Below are positions 62,467-64,000 of a stretch of 64,000 nucleotides of DNA, one piece after another. Both the position numbers and the translations under genes were made by a program. This DNA is from Brevinema andersonii. Its GTDB lineage: Bacteria > Spirochaetota > DYKD01. The notes below the pieces were generated by a model. The model searched no databases and was not told the origin of the DNA. It worked only from the letters and a program-made list of their open reading frames with translations. Location: NCBI GenBank assembly GCA_020722765.1, contig DYKD01000009.1:1718-65717 (forward strand). Direction: 5' to 3'. Positions within the stretch are counted from its first letter, which is position 1. Every line of letters starts with the position of its first letter.

Positions 62467-63110
62467 CAAGGAAAACCAGAGCGCTATTGAAGGATATGGC
62501 TGCCAGAAACGCGAAACATTCGATGTCCCTGAAGGATGTGGGGACTAAAGATCTTCGGACATCTTGCAAATGCAGGACACGCCATATGGATGAATTAATA
62601 CTGGAAGGAGAACAGGATATGCAACAAGATGATAAACCAACTAACCAGGTTACGGTAGGGATCTCACCGCAAGATGGGATAAGATCATCATCCGAACCTG
62701 ATATGAAGGATAGTGGGGAACGCCAGGTTTTCGCCACAGGTGCAGTCAGGGATGCAGCAGGAGGCAAAGCTATGCTTAGCCTTATCTCGCCCTTGTTTGA
62801 GGAAAGGCTAGGCCAATGGCTTACGCTCGGTGCGAAAAAGTACAGTGCTGACAATTGGGCACAGGGTATTCCTATGCGCCGTACATTTGACAGCCTGATG
62901 CGGCATGTCAACCAATACAGGTTAGGCGACCGCTCGGAGGATCACCTGGGTGCCATAGCATGTAATGCAATGTTCCTCATTCACTTTGAGGAAATGATTG
63001 CAGCCGGTCTTCTGCCTGCAGAACTGGATGATCTGCCAAGATTTAAGGAAGAAGAGCCAAGGAGATACCTGGTACATCCTAACAACAGGAGAAAAGATGA
63101 TCATATGTGA
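62463..63110 (+). CDS. protein with a domain resembling the phage dATP/dGTP diphosphohydrolase N-terminal domain (DUF5664-like)
   Basis: RQVFATGAVRDAAGGK...LGAKKYSADNWAQG...LMRHVNQY..GDRSEDHLGAIACNAMF matches my recollection of that family. Confidence 0.45.
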   Translation: MTRKTRALLKDMAARNAKHSMSLKDVGTKDLRTSCKCRTRHMDELILEGEQDMQQDDKPTNQVTVGISPQDGIRSSSEPDMKDSGERQVFATGAVRDAAGGKAMLSLISPLFEERLGQWLTLGAKKYSADNWAQGIPMRRTFDSLMRHVNQYRLGDRSEDHLGAIACNAMFLIHFEEMIAAGLLPAELDDLPRFKEEEPRRYLVHPNNRRKDDHM

Positions 63111-63179
63111 AAATCATGAGATATGCGTCAAAATATGCATAATTCATGAATTATAAGCAGTTTTCATAAGGAGCAAACC

Positions 63180-63464
63180 ATGAAGAAGACAAAAGCGTCA
63201 AAGCTGACCAAAAGGAATACCAAGCCAGTCACAATAGAGATAGGCTTGCAGGTAGTTTTTAAGAACAGGTGGGAAAAGACGGTCAAACCACTGGTATTTC
63301 ATGACCTGGTGATCATACCTGCCGTGAGCGCATTATGGTTCAGTGTGCCATGCCTAACCATCCCAGATGATAAACTGGCTGCGTTCAGAGGGATAGAACT
63401 GGAGATTAGATGGTTGTCATTCAGTTTCAATGTAGCCTATAGCTGGGTCCGCAAGAATAAATAA
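63180..63464 (+). CDS. hypothetical protein
   Basis: AAGGAG SD. 94 aa. Confidence 0.45.
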   Translation: MKKTKASKLTKRNTKPVTIEIGLQVVFKNRWEKTVKPLVFHDLVIIPAVSALWFSVPCLTIPDDKLAAFRGIELEIRWLSFSFNVAYSWVRKNK

Positions 63465-63709
63465 CAGGTTATCACCCAGGTGCAACTAGGAACGCAATTT
63501 GGAATAATATGGAGTAGACTGCGAAGACCTCTCCCGGAACTGCGTAGCGGGACCGGTGATGCTGTCTCTTCCTCAGTCTTTCCACTTGTCATGGAACTCT
63601 TCTCCGGAATGGTCTGCACCCCATCCCTGGCTGTCTTTTATGATCTGTCCATCCTGTAAGATATCCATAAAACCAACTGGTAACGGCATGGGACATGATA
63701 AGGAGGACT

Positions 63710-63904
63710 ATGGTGAATACAAAACCAGTATATGACGTGGTGGTTTCAAGGAACAAGCGGTATTCAGAGGTGATCAAACTGATCGAAACTGATGAGCATG
63801 GCTTCAGCCATATATCGCGTGACTTCAAGTGCAGGATAACTGGACCCGGACATGAACAGGAGGCACAACGAATATGTGACGCACTCAATAAGGGAGCCAG
63901 CTAA
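63710..63904 (+). CDS. hypothetical protein
   Basis: AAGGAGG SD precedes the ATG at 63710 (internal Met of track ORF 63695..63904). Confidence 0.5.
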   Translation: MVNTKPVYDVVVSRNKRYSEVIKLIETDEHGFSHISRDFKCRITGPGHEQEAQRICDALNKGAS

Positions 63905-64000
63905 CGACAGATCCAGGATAATAAGATTCAGGCAACATGAGATAAAATCGCCATTCACATGCGGTCCAATGAGCGGACTGAAACCTGATTATAAGGAACG

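Noticed and set aside
62375-62911. 178-aa minus-strand ORF
   Set aside because: It is antisense to the DUF5664-like gene, which has a recognisable conserved pattern on the + strand.
63573-63668. 31-codon minus-strand ORF (MDILQDGQIIKDSQGWGADHSGEEFHDKWKD)
   Set aside because: It has no SD and no terminator or promoter context, and it is too short to support.
1-64000. Alternative genetic code (stop-codon reassignment)
   Set aside because: All recognisable conserved proteins (PolB, ClpP, ClpC-like, RecA, primase-helicase, SNF2, dUTPase) read through uninterrupted in the standard code. The only two interrupted genes are better explained by introns.

Overview
The window reads as one contiguous segment of a large dsDNA phage genome with a bacterial host. 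AAGGAGG-type Shine-Dalgarno sites precede most genes, a few sigma70-like promoters are visible, and intrinsic terminators are common. Nearly all coding is on the + strand; the one clear exception is a small heat-shock protein gene. I saw no rRNA, tRNA, CRISPR array, integrase or virion structural genes. Positions 1-7200 hold a cassette-like early region of small, mostly membrane ORFs, each followed by a member of a paralogous terminator family, plus two long non-coding gaps, one containing an array of GC-rich stem-loops. Positions 7200-64000 hold a dense transcription, replication, recombination and nucleotide-metabolism module. It includes RNase H, family B DNA polymerase, clamp loader, a possible beta clamp, primase-helicase, SF2 and SNF2 helicases, RecA, a Sak4-like ATPase, a Rad52-like annealase, a Rad50-like ATPase, Cas4-like nucleases, SSB, dUTPase and a glycosyltransferase. 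The most unusual content is: (1) a compact single-chain beta/beta-prime-type RNA polymerase whose gene is interrupted just before the DFDGD catalytic motif by an ORF-poor intron; (2) a classical AAA+ ATPase gene split at Walker B by a well-supported group I intron carrying an HNH endonuclease; (3) a phage-borne ClpP plus ClpC-like unfoldase pair, translationally coupled to radical-SAM, UDG-like and nucleotidyltransferase-like genes. All functional calls rest on motif recognition by eye and were not checked against any database.
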